A DNA stretch of 64,000 bases from Chitinophagaceae bacterium (GCA_016704325.1 JADJAG010000005.1:135860-199859); one strand, 5' to 3'. Shown: positions 52,701 to 61,911, counted from the first letter of the stretch. The notes: generated from the sequence alone by a model not told the origin. Translations and numbers: made by a program.

Positions 52701-55700
52701 TATTTCAAACGTCTCTTTGCCCTTTTTCCAATCCATCAGTTTTAGGTCGTTGATATTTTTACCTGACACCTGGTAGATAACAGTAAGATCTTTCTCACTT
52801 GTGCCAGCCTGGAAGTTGATGGTGGTGCCTGCTATTGCTTTTTCAGTTAATGCAGGAAACCAAAAAGTTTGCAATAATGGAAGCTGCTTGTCTTTCGCAG
52901 CATATACCGTGAAGTATTTATGCATTACAAAATCTTCCCCATACGTATCCTTGCTCTTCAATTCAAGATGGTATTTACCTTGTGGCAATGCGGGTAAGGC
53001 TATTTTGTTTGTGTTGCCTGTGTTAAAGGCAATGTCATCATAAGTTGATTTTACATTCCATTTGGTGAAGTCATCTTCCTGGTCATATATATCATATGGA
53101 AATGATTTATAGAACGCTTCTTTTGTCATCACAAACTGATCCGGATTTTTCCAAAGACGCTTGCGAAAAATCCTGTCAGGCTGTTCCAATCCATAGATGA
53201 CAATTGTTCCGGAAGCAGGCTCAAATACCTGGTTCAGGTTCACTGAAGTGATCATGATATTAGAAAGTGAATCTGCTGATACTTCATCCGGGATGGTCAG
53301 TTCCACATTAACAGATACATAACCAACTGCTACATTGGTTTCTGAACTATGTGTTTCACCACTGATGTCCGCTACATCAGCGATGATGCTGTATTCAAAT
53401 TGCGGTTTGTCTTTTGCCGGAATTTTTAAATCAGGAATAGCCTTAAAGGAAACGGTAAAAGCACCATTAGCATCGGTAATGCTGGTTCCGTTCGCGATTT
53501 CCATTTCCGGTGCGAACCGGTCATAACCGGAACGCTTCCCGTAATAATACCATATGGGTAACCTAGCCCGCCTTACCACACGATAATTTACCGTTGCTCC
53601 ATCAATATTTGCACCTGCATATGATTTTGCACTTCCTGTTACGGTTACCATTTCATTCAGCCGCCAACTGCCTTTCAATGAATCGAACACCACTTCAAAC
53701 TTCGGTCGTTTGTATTCCTCAACCGAGAACGAAGTGCTTCCCGAACCATTTGTCAACGACATTTCTCCATTTAATCCACTGCCGGGCGCAGTAAAGGAAC
53801 CCTGGAAACTCCCGAAATCATTGGTGGTGAGCGAAAGTTGATGGACTTTTTGTCCATTCACATCATTAAAAACAACAACTGAATTGAAACCTGTTTTCAA
53901 GGCATGCTCATCACCTGTTTCTTCCAGAACAATTCCTTTGAAGTAAATAGTTTGTCCGGGCCGGTAGATGGCGCGGTCGGTAAAGAAAATGGTGCGCAGG
54001 GTCTTTTGATTTTCCTCACGTTCTTTATAGAGGTAGAAATAATCATCGCAGCGCAATTTATCCTCACCGGATGAAAATTCGACCTGGAAATTGTGTTGGT
54101 CAGTAAGTGCCGGTATCTCAAGATATCCTTGTTGATTGGTCACATAGTTTCCAATTTCTTTCCAGAGATAGGTTCTGTTTTGGCTTTCATATTCCCTGAC
54201 CAGCAATTTCGCTCCGGCTTTATAGATGGGTTTGCCGGATTCGCGGTTCAAAACATAAAAACTGTAATGGTCCTTATTGCGTTTGCTGAGATAACTTAAG
54301 TTGGAAATGTAAGTGGCTGCTTTGGTGATACCACTTTCTGTCATCGAAAAATTTTCAGCAGCAGATGAAAGAATAAGGTAACGTCCAAGCGGCAATGCCG
54401 GAATTTTTATCTCTGCCGCATGCATTTGATAGTCACCTGCATCGGGGAAAGTTTGCGACCAGGATAATACCGCCGGTTCCTGCAAATAGCGTTTCATCCC
54501 TTCTTCCGGATTTGCACGATCCTCACTTGCTGCAAGTTCCGGAGTATACTTTATAATCCGGTAGAATATTTTATTGACATTTTTGTATTCCATGAGGCCA
54601 CGGAAAGGATGGCCTGGTTGATTGATCCGCTCTATAGTGAGTGAAAAAGCTTTACGCGTAATTTCTATGCGCAACGCTTTACAACTTTTTGCCGCATTGG
54701 ATGCAGGAAAACGGGTTAGTACTTTGTCGCAATAACTCAAAGCTATCACCTTATCATTCCGGAAGCCCGGCGCAGTTTCCGGATCATACTTATTGCCATT
54801 TGCTGCATAAAATGCTGCCAGCTGGTAAGAAACGGTTGCACTTGCCGAGTCGTTCTGAAAGCGTTGTTCTAATTCCTTTAAACCATCTGCATACAACGAA
54901 TCTTTTAATTCGTACACGCTGTTTGTGTGTAAAAAGAAGAAACGCTTTAATTCGGCATCCACCAATGCATCAGGCGAAGCGTCGTGCAGGTGAAACGAAA
55001 TCAATTTCTGAAGGGTTTGTAAAGCGAGGAGTTTTCCGGAAAGTGAATCCTTGCTGGTAATATTCAATCTTGTAAACTGTGCTGAAGGCTGGAAAACTTC
55101 TGTTCCTTCAAGTGTAAACTTATAAGCCGGTTGCGTGACATATGCTTCTTCATTCATGAAAAAATCTATTGCCCGATGTGCGAGAAAATCATACAAGGTC
55201 GGACGATAAACAACAGACATATTTCCTTCTTGCAGGATGGCTGCAAAGGGTTCGATAGCCGTTTGCTGCAATGAATCAGAGTTTTCCAGTGAAGCACGGT
55301 ACAAGGTGGTAGCATGCTGCGTAATGTGATGCAAATCCCAGGTTTCAATATCTTTTGATTCAGGGTCTGCCATTTGTGTCCGTTCTGAAAAGCGCCAGCG
55401 GTTCTCTTCGTAATAACTCCAGTAGAGTTCTGCTGCGGCAGACTGCAAAATGTTCTTTGCCGGGAAATCACTTTTACTGATTGCAGTTTCAAAACTTTCC
55501 AATACTTTTTCAAATCCGCCTTCTTCCAGCACCTGCTTGTATTTCACAGTATAGATCAGTGATTTTACAGTTTGTGGTGCGTTCTCTGATTTGTTTGCCA
55601 GGTCATAAATCTCCAGTGCTTTTTCCAGAGCAGATTTTGTGAGGTTCTGCGCTTCCAGCGAATCCACTTTTTTCCAAAGTTTTTCGTACCGGTCATAATT

Positions 55701-55826
55701 TATGGGTGGTGGCATATGGTTTTTTTTGGATTCAAAAGCAAAAAGCAGTAACAGGTTAAACAGCAACAGGCCAATCAAGGTCCCGCCTGCAACTTTTGAT
55801 GAAGCGGATAGGGAATATTTTTTCAT
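49761..55826 (-). CDS. Alpha-2-macroglobulin family protein, 2021 aa, with a CxEQ thioester motif.
   Basis: YPYQCSEQTFNRF (the CSEQ codons are 51392-51381) parallels the YPYGCLEQ of enterobacterial A2M. The protein has a long array of MG-like beta domains and an N-terminal membrane anchor. Confidence 0.85.
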   Translation of the reverse strand: MKKYSLSASSKVAGGTLIGLLLFNLLLLFAFESKKNHMPPPINYDRYEKLWKKVDSLEAQNLTKSALEKALEIYDLANKSENAPQTVKSLIYTVKYKQVLEEGGFEKVLESFETAISKSDFPAKNILQSAAAELYWSYYEENRWRFSERTQMADPESKDIETWDLHHITQHATTLYRASLENSDSLQQTAIEPFAAILQEGNMSVVYRPTLYDFLAHRAIDFFMNEEAYVTQPAYKFTLEGTEVFQPSAQFTRLNITSKDSLSGKLLALQTLQKLISFHLHDASPDALVDAELKRFFFLHTNSVYELKDSLYADGLKELEQRFQNDSASATVSYQLAAFYAANGNKYDPETAPGFRNDKVIALSYCDKVLTRFPASNAAKSCKALRIEITRKAFSLTIERINQPGHPFRGLMEYKNVNKIFYRIIKYTPELAASEDRANPEEGMKRYLQEPAVLSWSQTFPDAGDYQMHAAEIKIPALPLGRYLILSSAAENFSMTESGITKAATYISNLSYLSKRNKDHYSFYVLNRESGKPIYKAGAKLLVREYESQNRTYLWKEIGNYVTNQQGYLEIPALTDQHNFQVEFSSGEDKLRCDDYFYLYKEREENQKTLRTIFFTDRAIYRPGQTIYFKGIVLEETGDEHALKTGFNSVVVFNDVNGQKVHQLSLTTNDFGSFQGSFTAPGSGLNGEMSLTNGSGSTSFSVEEYKRPKFEVVFDSLKGSWRLNEMVTVTGSAKSYAGANIDGATVNYRVVRRARLPIWYYYGKRSGYDRFAPEMEIANGTSITDANGAFTVSFKAIPDLKIPAKDKPQFEYSIIADVADISGETHSSETNVAVGYVSVNVELTIPDEVSADSLSNIMITSVNLNQVFEPASGTIVIYGLEQPDRIFRKRLWKNPDQFVMTKEAFYKSFPYDIYDQEDDFTKWNVKSTYDDIAFNTGNTNKIALPALPQGKYHLELKSKDTYGEDFVMHKYFTVYAAKDKQLPLLQTFWFPALTEKAIAGTTINFQAGTSEKDLTVIYQVSGKNINDLKLMDWKKGKETFEIPVTENMAGGIYVSAFAVKHGRVYSFNQTIAVPYTCKELKISFESFRDKLLPGQNEEWKLKISGAKGEAVSAEMVATLYDASLDAFRTPSWEFDIYQRYYPYARWEPGNCFSDVGSEFFDVDGSGAATYFMPSYNQLNWFGLEMRQRYLMRSEAAMDGGSQAEMMLFDNNVVSKNAVRKSEDKSAEDSVAVTEVKKDTGLETVAVRKNLQETAFFFPQLRTDSAGNVIISFTIPEALTRWKLLGFAHTADLRYAQTSKELVTQKELMAIPNAPRFFREGDKIQFAGKVTNLSGNALSGTATLQLFDALTMQPVDMDFGNTSNVLAFTVEKGQSTALSWALTVPEGFEAIAYRLIAKAGNQSDGEENVLPVLSNKMLVTESLPINIRGNAEKNYSFTKLLQSGASSTLKNYHLTLEFTSNPAWYAVQALPYLMEYPYQCSEQTFNRFYANALASHIANSNPKIKQVFDQWRNLNPDALLSNLEKNQELKSLLLQETPWVLQSQDESERKKRIALLFDLNRMSSEMSAALQQLEQLQTPNGGWAWFAGGPDNRYITQYILAGIGHLQQLNIAGTEIKTRTMVERAIPYLDARIQEDYDNLIKYKVNTDQNNLSYHAAYYFYARSYFNDIPIAEKNKKASDYYKSQVQQYWTKQGIYAQGMIALALYRSGDKKTAASILKSLKENAIVHEELGMYWKSNSSGYYWYEAPVETQALLIEAFDEAGNDVASVDAMKLWLLKQKQTNEWKSTKATAEAVYALLLRGSTWLMNEPAITVSLGKQVVDLAKTNAEPGTGYYKTSWKENEITPQMGSIKVVRKSSEDGVSWGAVYWQYFEQLDKITPAATPLSLKKKLYLQRNSAAGPVLEPITTSTILHPGDLVKVVVELRTDRDMEYVHMKDMRAACFEPMNVLSGYQWQDGLGYYEETRDAATNFFFDYLRKGTYVFEYPLRVQLKGDFSNGITTIQCMYAPEFTSHSEGVRVIVK

Positions 55827-55919
55827 GATGATGGAGCTATGCGTGATGAGCTAAAATAGTTGAATGTTATTTCGACAGTGAGCAAGATGAGGTAAGTTTG
55901 ACTTTTCCATAAAAGTTGT

Positions 55920-56420
55920 TCAAAAAATTACGTTTATTTTTTCTCTTACCAGGATTTCAAATTCTTCGTATTTGCCGTCTTCAAAGTTGTTCTTAGGAAA
56001 AATATAGAACATCTTTTCCGTGGGATACAACAGGATCATATCCGGTACAATCAGTGCTTTCTTTAATGCTGTCCAGGGCATTTCATAGGTGCTGCCGCCT
56101 ATGGTCATCTCTATGTTATCGTTGTTGATTTCCATAAGAAAGGGTTCATGATAATCTTTCAATCGTTTATAAACCCTTGTACCTGTTGTTTTCATTAGCC
56201 AGAAATAGATTCCGATCGCCAAAATTCCTGACAAAACAAGAGATAAACTCAAAAACCGGTTTCCATCGGAGCCCAGAATAACAAAAAGCAATAAGCCTGC
56301 CCAGATTGCCAATATGCCCATCAGCATCGGTAACCTCGACTGAAAAAGAAAAAACTTGCGATAATGTAAAGTATGCGCACGCTGCAATATGGCCGGTGAA
56401 TATTGAAAGTTAATTTGCAT
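55920..56420 (-). CDS. Hypothetical 2-TM protein with a C-terminal bPH/YcxB-like domain.
   Basis: There are two adjacent TM helices (MLMGILAIWAGLLLFVIL and LSLVLSGILAIGIYFWL), followed by ...YEMPWTALKKALIVPDMILLYP.... Confidence 0.5.
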   Translation of the reverse strand: MQINFQYSPAILQRAHTLHYRKFFLFQSRLPMLMGILAIWAGLLLFVILGSDGNRFLSLSLVLSGILAIGIYFWLMKTTGTRVYKRLKDYHEPFLMEINNDNIEMTIGGSTYEMPWTALKKALIVPDMILLYPTEKMFYIFPKNNFEDGKYEEFEILVREKINVIF

Positions 56421-56537
56421 GAATTTTGTAACTGGCTTTTTGACTTATTAATTTTTTGAATCAGAATGTATTGCTAACAGTTCAGCAAACTGCAAATTTC
56501 CCAAAAAATGCATTAGCGGGTATTATCAGGTAATAAT

Positions 56538-56739
56538 GGGTGTACGACAAATTGAATATAGATTATTGGGTGTTGAAATTGAGTATTAAGTATTTGAGTA
56601 AGTGAGTAAAGTAGAGTAGTGATTACAGAATGGCAAGTAATCGGCTTCGCCGCATCAATTTAACCATTTAGCAATTTAACCATTTAGCAGTTTAACCTCC
56701 AACCATTGCTTCACAAGATGCACGAATTGTCCCACACCC
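56538..56739 (-). mobile_element. MITE family A, 202 bp, flanked by a perfect 8-bp target-site duplication GTAATAAT.
   Basis: The termini are GGGTGTACGACAA (56538-56550) and TTGTCCCACACCC (56727-56739). The duplication is at 56530-56537 and 56740-56747. The copy is inverted relative to 28749-28943. Confidence 0.88.
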
Positions 56740-56800
56740 GTAATAATTGTATGATTCTGCCAACCTTAAATTAACCGTAACTTCGCCGCAAAAAAAGAGA

Positions 56801-57844
56801 ATGGAAGAAGAACCCCGGACAGAGATCAGTGAATTGGGTGAGTTTGGCTTGATTCGACACCTCACTAAAAACATTGAATTGCGGAATGAATCCAGCAGGA
56901 TAGGCGTGGGTGATGATGCTGCTGTTATTGAGTATGATTCCGGTATGCAGACGGTGGTCACTACCGACTTGTTGACGGAAGGCATTCATTTCGATCTCAT
57001 CTATGTTCCGCTGAAGCATCTTGGTTATAAATCGGTAGTCGTAAATCTATCCGACATCTATGCAATGAATGCGACGCCAAAACAAGTGACGGTGTCCATT
57101 GCCATCAGCAATCGGTTCTCACTGGAAGCGATCAGTGAATTGTATGAAGGGATATACTTTGCCTGTGAAAAGTATGGTGTCGACTTGGTAGGTGGTGACA
57201 CCACTTCCAGCTTAAAAGGACTTACCATTTGTATAACAGCAATAGGAGAAGTGAAACCTGATCATGTGGTAATGAGAAACGGAGCGTTGGAGAACGACTT
57301 GTTGTGCGTAACCGGTGACCTTGGAGGTGCTTATGTTGGATTGCAGTTGCTGGAACGGGAGAAAAGGGTATACCTGGAAAATCCGGAAGTGAAGCCTGAC
57401 CTCGAACAACAAACCTATATTGTTGGCAGGCAATTGAAACCCGAAGCAAGGAAGGATATCATTGAACTCTTTGAGCAAATGCAGCTGAAACCTACTTCCA
57501 TGATTGATATCTCTGATGGGCTTTCTTCAGAGATACTTCACCTCTGCGAAGCATCTGAAGTAGGCTGTGACTTGTATGAAGCCAAAATTCCCATAGCGGA
57601 AGAAACGTATAACATGGCGCTTAAATTTAACCTTGACCCTACTACCTGTGCTTTAAGTGGAGGAGAGGATTATGAGTTGCTGTTTACTATTGCCCCCGGT
57701 GATTTTGATAAAGTGAAGAACAATCCGGACATCTCTGTAATAGGGCATATTACCGCAAAGGAAAAAGGGGCACACCTCATTACCAAAGGAAATAATGTGC
57801 ATCCATTGACTGCACAGGGCTGGAATGCACTGTTGAAAGGTTGA
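56801..57844 (+). CDS. thiL: Thiamine-monophosphate kinase. I prefer the ATG at 56801, because the track start at 56747 lies within the MITE target-site duplication.
   Basis: The sequence has the AIR-synthase-like fold: ELGEFGLIRHL...GVGDDAAVI...TTDLLTEGIHF...GGDT. Confidence 0.88.
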   Translation: MEEEPRTEISELGEFGLIRHLTKNIELRNESSRIGVGDDAAVIEYDSGMQTVVTTDLLTEGIHFDLIYVPLKHLGYKSVVVNLSDIYAMNATPKQVTVSIAISNRFSLEAISELYEGIYFACEKYGVDLVGGDTTSSLKGLTICITAIGEVKPDHVVMRNGALENDLLCVTGDLGGAYVGLQLLEREKRVYLENPEVKPDLEQQTYIVGRQLKPEARKDIIELFEQMQLKPTSMIDISDGLSSEILHLCEASEVGCDLYEAKIPIAEETYNMALKFNLDPTTCALSGGEDYELLFTIAPGDFDKVKNNPDISVIGHITAKEKGAHLITKGNNVHPLTAQGWNALLKG

Positions 57845-57860
57845 ATTTTTGTAGAATTTG

Positions 57861-58040
57861 GGGTGTATGACAAATTGCATTTCTCAGCGATAAAATAATA
57901 CAAGCGCGAAGCCGCCAGGACGCCAAAAAACGTAGCATATTGATCCTTTGTGATTTTCTTCGCGACTTCGCGTCTTGGCGCTAAAAAAGCAAGGCGCTAA
58001 GATAAACGCTACAGCATTAAGTGTAATTTGTCATACACCC
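57861..58040. mobile_element. MITE family A2, 180 bp, with terminal inverted repeats GGGTGTATGACAAATT / AATTTGTCATACACCC and a perfect 8-bp target-site duplication AGAATTTG.
   Basis: The duplication is at 57853-57860 and 58041-58048. The 16-bp termini are perfect and related to those of family A. The interior carries GCGCGAAGCCGCCAGGACGCC and GCGTCTTGGCGCTAAAA words, which recur in the 137-bp tandem array. Confidence 0.9.
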
Positions 58041-58102
58041 AGAATTTGTAATCGATGGTCGTTTGTTTTTGATTTCATAATTTCGCCTTCAAACATACCT
58101 TA

Positions 58103-59689
58103 ATGTATTGTCGTTGTACGCTTGTTTTATTGATGTTTTTAATAACAGCCAATGCAAATGCACAGGAATCAGTTCCTGAAATTCAGTTTCAACATGCCAT
58201 GGGAGGCACACTGGATGATATTTCATATGAAGTAATAGTTACGCAGGACGGTGGTTACTTTGTGGTAGGTGGATCCACCTCCAGTGATGGTGACCTGTTG
58301 AAAACAACAGAGGTGCAACATGGCGGAAATTATGATTACTGGTTTGCAAAGCTGGACCCTACATTAAATTTTCAATGGAAAAAACACCTGGGCGGCACCG
58401 GCAGCGATCTGGCCCGCAAATCATTGCAACTGAGTGATGGTGGTTTTGTAATTGGTGGAAGCAGCAATTCTCCCGATCTCGATGTTTTTGGGAACCATGG
58501 AGATTATGATTTTTGGGTGGTCAGGCTTTTTCCTTCCGGCACCGTGCAGTGGAATAAAAGCTATGGAGGTGCAGACTATGATGATTTTGGGTCAATGCTC
58601 AATACACCTGACGGAGGATTTATTTTGGCAGGAGGTTCACAATCCAACGATGGGGATGTGAGTGGCAATCATGGCAGCAGCGATTTTTGGATGGTTAAAA
58701 CAGATGCGAATGGTAACGTGCAATGGCAAAAGTGTTATGGCGGAACCAACTACGAAAAAGCTGCCAGTGTAAAACTGTGTCCGGATGGTGGGTTTATCCT
58801 AGTCGGATTTTCAGAATCAAATGATGGTGATGTTACAGGAAATCACGGCGACTATGATGTTTGGGTGGTGAAAACAGACGCTTCCGGAAACCTGCAATGG
58901 CAACGGTCTTTAGGAGGCAGCGGATATGATGCTGCCAATAGTGTGGTATCATTAAGTGATGGCAGCTTTATAATCAGCGGGTATACCGGATCCGTTGATG
59001 GAGATGTTACCGGTAATCACGGCGAAGATGATGCATGGATTGTTAAACTGAATGCTTCCGGAGCAGTGGTCTGGTCGAAGTGCCTGGGCGGAACTGCTAC
59101 GGATGTTTCGACAGAAATCATGCAGGTAGGAGATGAAGGTTTTATCCTGGCCTGCTATTCCCGATCTTTAGATGGTGACGTAGGCGGTAACTATGGTTTT
59201 TGGGATTATTGGTTGGTAAGAACAGATATGGAAGGCATTATTGAATGGCAGCAGCATTTTGGGGGTTCATTGAATGATGTTTGTTATGGGGCTAAACCAA
59301 CAAGCGACGGAGGTTACATTCTCACCGGCTATTCCGAATCACAGAATTTTGATGTGTCCGGCAATCATGGAAAAAAGGACTATTGGGTGGTGAAATTGCA
59401 AGGCACTGTGGGAGTGGAGGAAGTAGCTTTGCCGGAGATAGTAATAAATGTCTATCCTCAGCCGGCAAAAAACATGGTGTACCTGAAACTACCGGATGAG
59501 CAAATGCCGGACTATAATAAACTGATCATGCATATTTATGACGTAACAGGAAGAAGAATCCATTCAGGGCCCGTCGGTTTTGATCCTCTTGTCAAAATAG
59601 ATTGCAGTTTATGGGGTAGTGGTATTTATTTTTTCCGCCTGATGAGTAACGGGACTGAATTGGCTAATGGGAAAATTGCCATTCAATAG
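58103..59689 (+). CDS. Secreted protein with seven repeats (about 58 aa each, probably a 7-bladed propeller) and a T9SS type A sorting domain.
   Basis: There are seven units of GG..D......(T/S)DGGF(I/V)L.G.S.S.DGDV(S/T)GNHG..D.W(V/M)VK.D..G...W.K. The C-terminus is VYPQPAKNMVYLKL...GIYFFRL...KIAIQ. Confidence 0.8.
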   Translation: MYCRCTLVLLMFLITANANAQESVPEIQFQHAMGGTLDDISYEVIVTQDGGYFVVGGSTSSDGDLLKTTEVQHGGNYDYWFAKLDPTLNFQWKKHLGGTGSDLARKSLQLSDGGFVIGGSSNSPDLDVFGNHGDYDFWVVRLFPSGTVQWNKSYGGADYDDFGSMLNTPDGGFILAGGSQSNDGDVSGNHGSSDFWMVKTDANGNVQWQKCYGGTNYEKAASVKLCPDGGFILVGFSESNDGDVTGNHGDYDVWVVKTDASGNLQWQRSLGGSGYDAANSVVSLSDGSFIISGYTGSVDGDVTGNHGEDDAWIVKLNASGAVVWSKCLGGTATDVSTEIMQVGDEGFILACYSRSLDGDVGGNYGFWDYWLVRTDMEGIIEWQQHFGGSLNDVCYGAKPTSDGGYILTGYSESQNFDVSGNHGKKDYWVVKLQGTVGVEEVALPEIVINVYPQPAKNMVYLKLPDEQMPDYNKLIMHIYDVTGRRIHSGPVGFDPLVKIDCSLWGSGIYFFRLMSNGTELANGKIAIQ

Positions 59690-59803
59690 CATTCTGAAAA
59701 TTAATAATCACAGATTGAAATATATTCAACTATCCATTTAAAGAATCAGTATGGTCCGGCTAGAATATTGGGGTTTAGGCTAAAACACAATACTCTCACG
59801 TAT

Positions 59804-59836
59804 CCTATAGCCCCACGCTTCAGCGTGGGTTATAGG
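59804..59836. repeat. REP-like perfect hairpin CCTATAG-CCCCACGC-ttca-GCGTGGG-TTATAGG.
   Basis: The inverted repeat is visible directly. It is intergenic, about 115 bp after the stop at 59689. Confidence 0.6.
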
Positions 59837-59960
59837 GTGAAACCCGGGCCTGGCAGGCTTTAGCCCATGTTAGTCGGACAATCAGTGTAAAAAAATAGTT
59901 GTATTGGATTCAGATCGGTACCGAAATAAAAAGTTTTGCTAATAACTATTAATCTTATTC

Positions 59961-60605
59961 ATGAAAAAAATCTGCTTAGTTCTTCTCCTTGCATTTTCTT
60001 TCACAACAAAATCTAATGCACAGTTGACTGACCAACAAATTGCCGGTATTTATTTCCTGGAAGGTGTGATGGAGGTGGGTTCCGGATTCCGGTTATTGGA
60101 AGACCATACATTTGAGTTCTTCTTTACTTATGGAGGATTGGACCGCACTGGGCAAGGAACATGGAAAGCAGCAGGTAACAACATAGTGTTTGACAGTGAA
60201 CCGTGGCCCGGAGCAGACTTTAAGATTATCCGACAGGATCATAAAAAGCAAAAGGGCATTGTGATTCAGGTTACTGATAAGAACACCATGCTTTTAGCGT
60301 ATGCAGGCGGAATTGTTTCCGGCGATGGCAATAAAATGGAATTTCAAACTGATCAACAGGGGAATGCAATTGTAAATCTGCAAACCGCTGATACGATTTC
60401 ATTATATCACCAGTTTTACTCCGATCAGCTATCGGTATTTCCCGTCCAGGATAAAAAGCACAACTATTTTGAATTTGCTTTTATGCCTCATCTTGGAACG
60501 GTCTACTTTAAAAATTTCATATTAGAATGGAAGGACCAGGAGTTATCAGGTGGTAATCCTTTACTTAAGGAAGAAGCAGCTTATCACTATAAAAGGAGTG
60601 AGTGA
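59961..60605 (+). CDS. Hypothetical secreted protein.
   Basis: The signal peptide is MKKICLVLLLAFSFTTKSNAQ. I recognise no family. Confidence 0.55.
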   Translation: MKKICLVLLLAFSFTTKSNAQLTDQQIAGIYFLEGVMEVGSGFRLLEDHTFEFFFTYGGLDRTGQGTWKAAGNNIVFDSEPWPGADFKIIRQDHKKQKGIVIQVTDKNTMLLAYAGGIVSGDGNKMEFQTDQQGNAIVNLQTADTISLYHQFYSDQLSVFPVQDKKHNYFEFAFMPHLGTVYFKNFILEWKDQELSGGNPLLKEEAAYHYKRSE

Positions 60606-60655
60606 GCAGAAGGGTTACTGACTGGAACTTCTTGAAAAAGCCGATGCTTTTGTCA

Positions 60656-61020
60656 ATAAAAGGAAGCACAGAGCCCACCAAGAAAATTATTGACATAGAC
60701 CCGGTTTGAAGCAATTCCACCTCTGTGTACTTTGTGGTTTCAAAAAAAAGTAACCACAAAGCCCACAAAGAAAATTATCAATAAAAACCCCGTTTGAAGC
60801 ACTTCCACCTCTGTGTACTTTGTGGTTTCAAAAAAAGTAACCACAATGCCCATAAAGAAAGTTATTATCATAGGCCTGGTTTGAAGCACTTCCACCTCTG
60901 TGCACTCTGTGGTTTCAAAAAAAGGAAACCACAAAGCCCACCAAGAAAATTCTTAATAAAGACCTCGTTTGAAACAATTCCACCTCTATGGTTTCAAAAA
61001 AGGTAAACACACAGAGCACA
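60656..61020. repeat. Tandem array of about 4.2 units of 87-88 bp.
   Basis: The CCACCTCT landmark recurs at 60717, 60805, 60892 and 60980. Each unit junction can fold as CTTTGTGGTTtcaaaaaaagtAACCACAAAG. The array abuts the stop of the minus-strand gene at 61024. Confidence 0.88.
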
Positions 61021-61023
61021 ATC

Positions 61024-61911
61024 TCATATCATATGTTCAAATCCATTCCAACCCTGCAAACCTCCTGTATGGATGGCGATAATTATGCTACCTCTTTCAA
61101 AGTAATCCATGCGGATAAGATCATTTAATCCAAATAGCATCTTGCCTGTATAAACAGGGTCGAGTAGAATATTATTCTTTAGCAAAAATGTTTCAATGAA
61201 ATCGAATAATTCAGGTGGCAGTTTAGCATAACCTCCAAAATGATATTGATGGTTGACCGACCAGTTGGTAAATTGTTTACCTGAACGGGTCATCACCAAT
61301 GCGCTGATTTTATCTTCCATATCCTGAATTCCTTTTAATGCAGAAAACCCCAGCAATTGGTGATGGCCCTGATCTGCGGTAATCAATCCTGCCAGCGTTC
61401 CGCCTGTGCCACAGGAGCAACAGAGATAATCATAATCAATAGTTATTTCATTTGCTATTTCTTCACACCCTTTTACGGCAAGATCATTTGTTCCACCTTC
61501 CGGCAGTAAATAAAAATCACCAAACGTAGTATACAACTGATCAATGAAATCGCTGTTTTCTTTTTCCCGGTAGGAAGCACGGCTAATAAAATGGAGTTGC
61601 ATGCCTTGTTCAACAGCCTGCATCAAGGTTTTATTCTGAATCGCAGCTTCTTCACCCCTGATGATGCCAATGGTAGCAAATCCAAACGCAGCACCTGCTG
61701 CTGCGACAGCTGCAATATGATTGGAATAGGCACCGCCAAATGTAAGTAGGGTTTCTTTACCGGCTGATTTTGCTGCCTGCAGATTGTACTTCAGCTTTCG
61801 CCATTTATTGCCCGGTAGTGTGGGGTGATTGAGATCCTCCCGTTTCAACCAAAACTGTACCTTCTTTTCCTCGAAGAGCGGATCAAACAATTGCTGCAAG
61901 GGACTGTTCAT
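61024..61911 (-). CDS. PLP-dependent 1-aminocyclopropane-1-carboxylate deaminase / D-cysteine desulfhydrase family protein.
   Basis: LKREDLNHPTLPGNKWRKLKYNL (PLP Lys) and FGGAYSNHIAAVAAAG are present. Confidence 0.82.
   Translation of the reverse strand: MNSPLQQLFDPLFEEKKVQFWLKREDLNHPTLPGNKWRKLKYNLQAAKSAGKETLLTFGGAYSNHIAAVAAAGAAFGFATIGIIRGEEAAIQNKTLMQAVEQGMQLHFISRASYREKENSDFIDQLYTTFGDFYLLPEGGTNDLAVKGCEEIANEITIDYDYLCCSCGTGGTLAGLITADQGHHQLLGFSALKGIQDMEDKISALVMTRSGKQFTNWSVNHQYHFGGYAKLPPELFDFIETFLLKNNILLDPVYTGKMLFGLNDLIRMDYFERGSIIIAIHTGGLQGWNGFEHMI

Noticed and set aside
56538-58040. thiL as the passenger of a composite transposon formed by the two flanking MITEs.
   Set aside because: Each MITE has its own perfect 8-bp duplication (GTAATAAT and AGAATTTG). 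No shared duplication surrounds the whole 1.5-kb unit. They therefore inserted independently around a resident gene, and composite mobility remains only a possibility.
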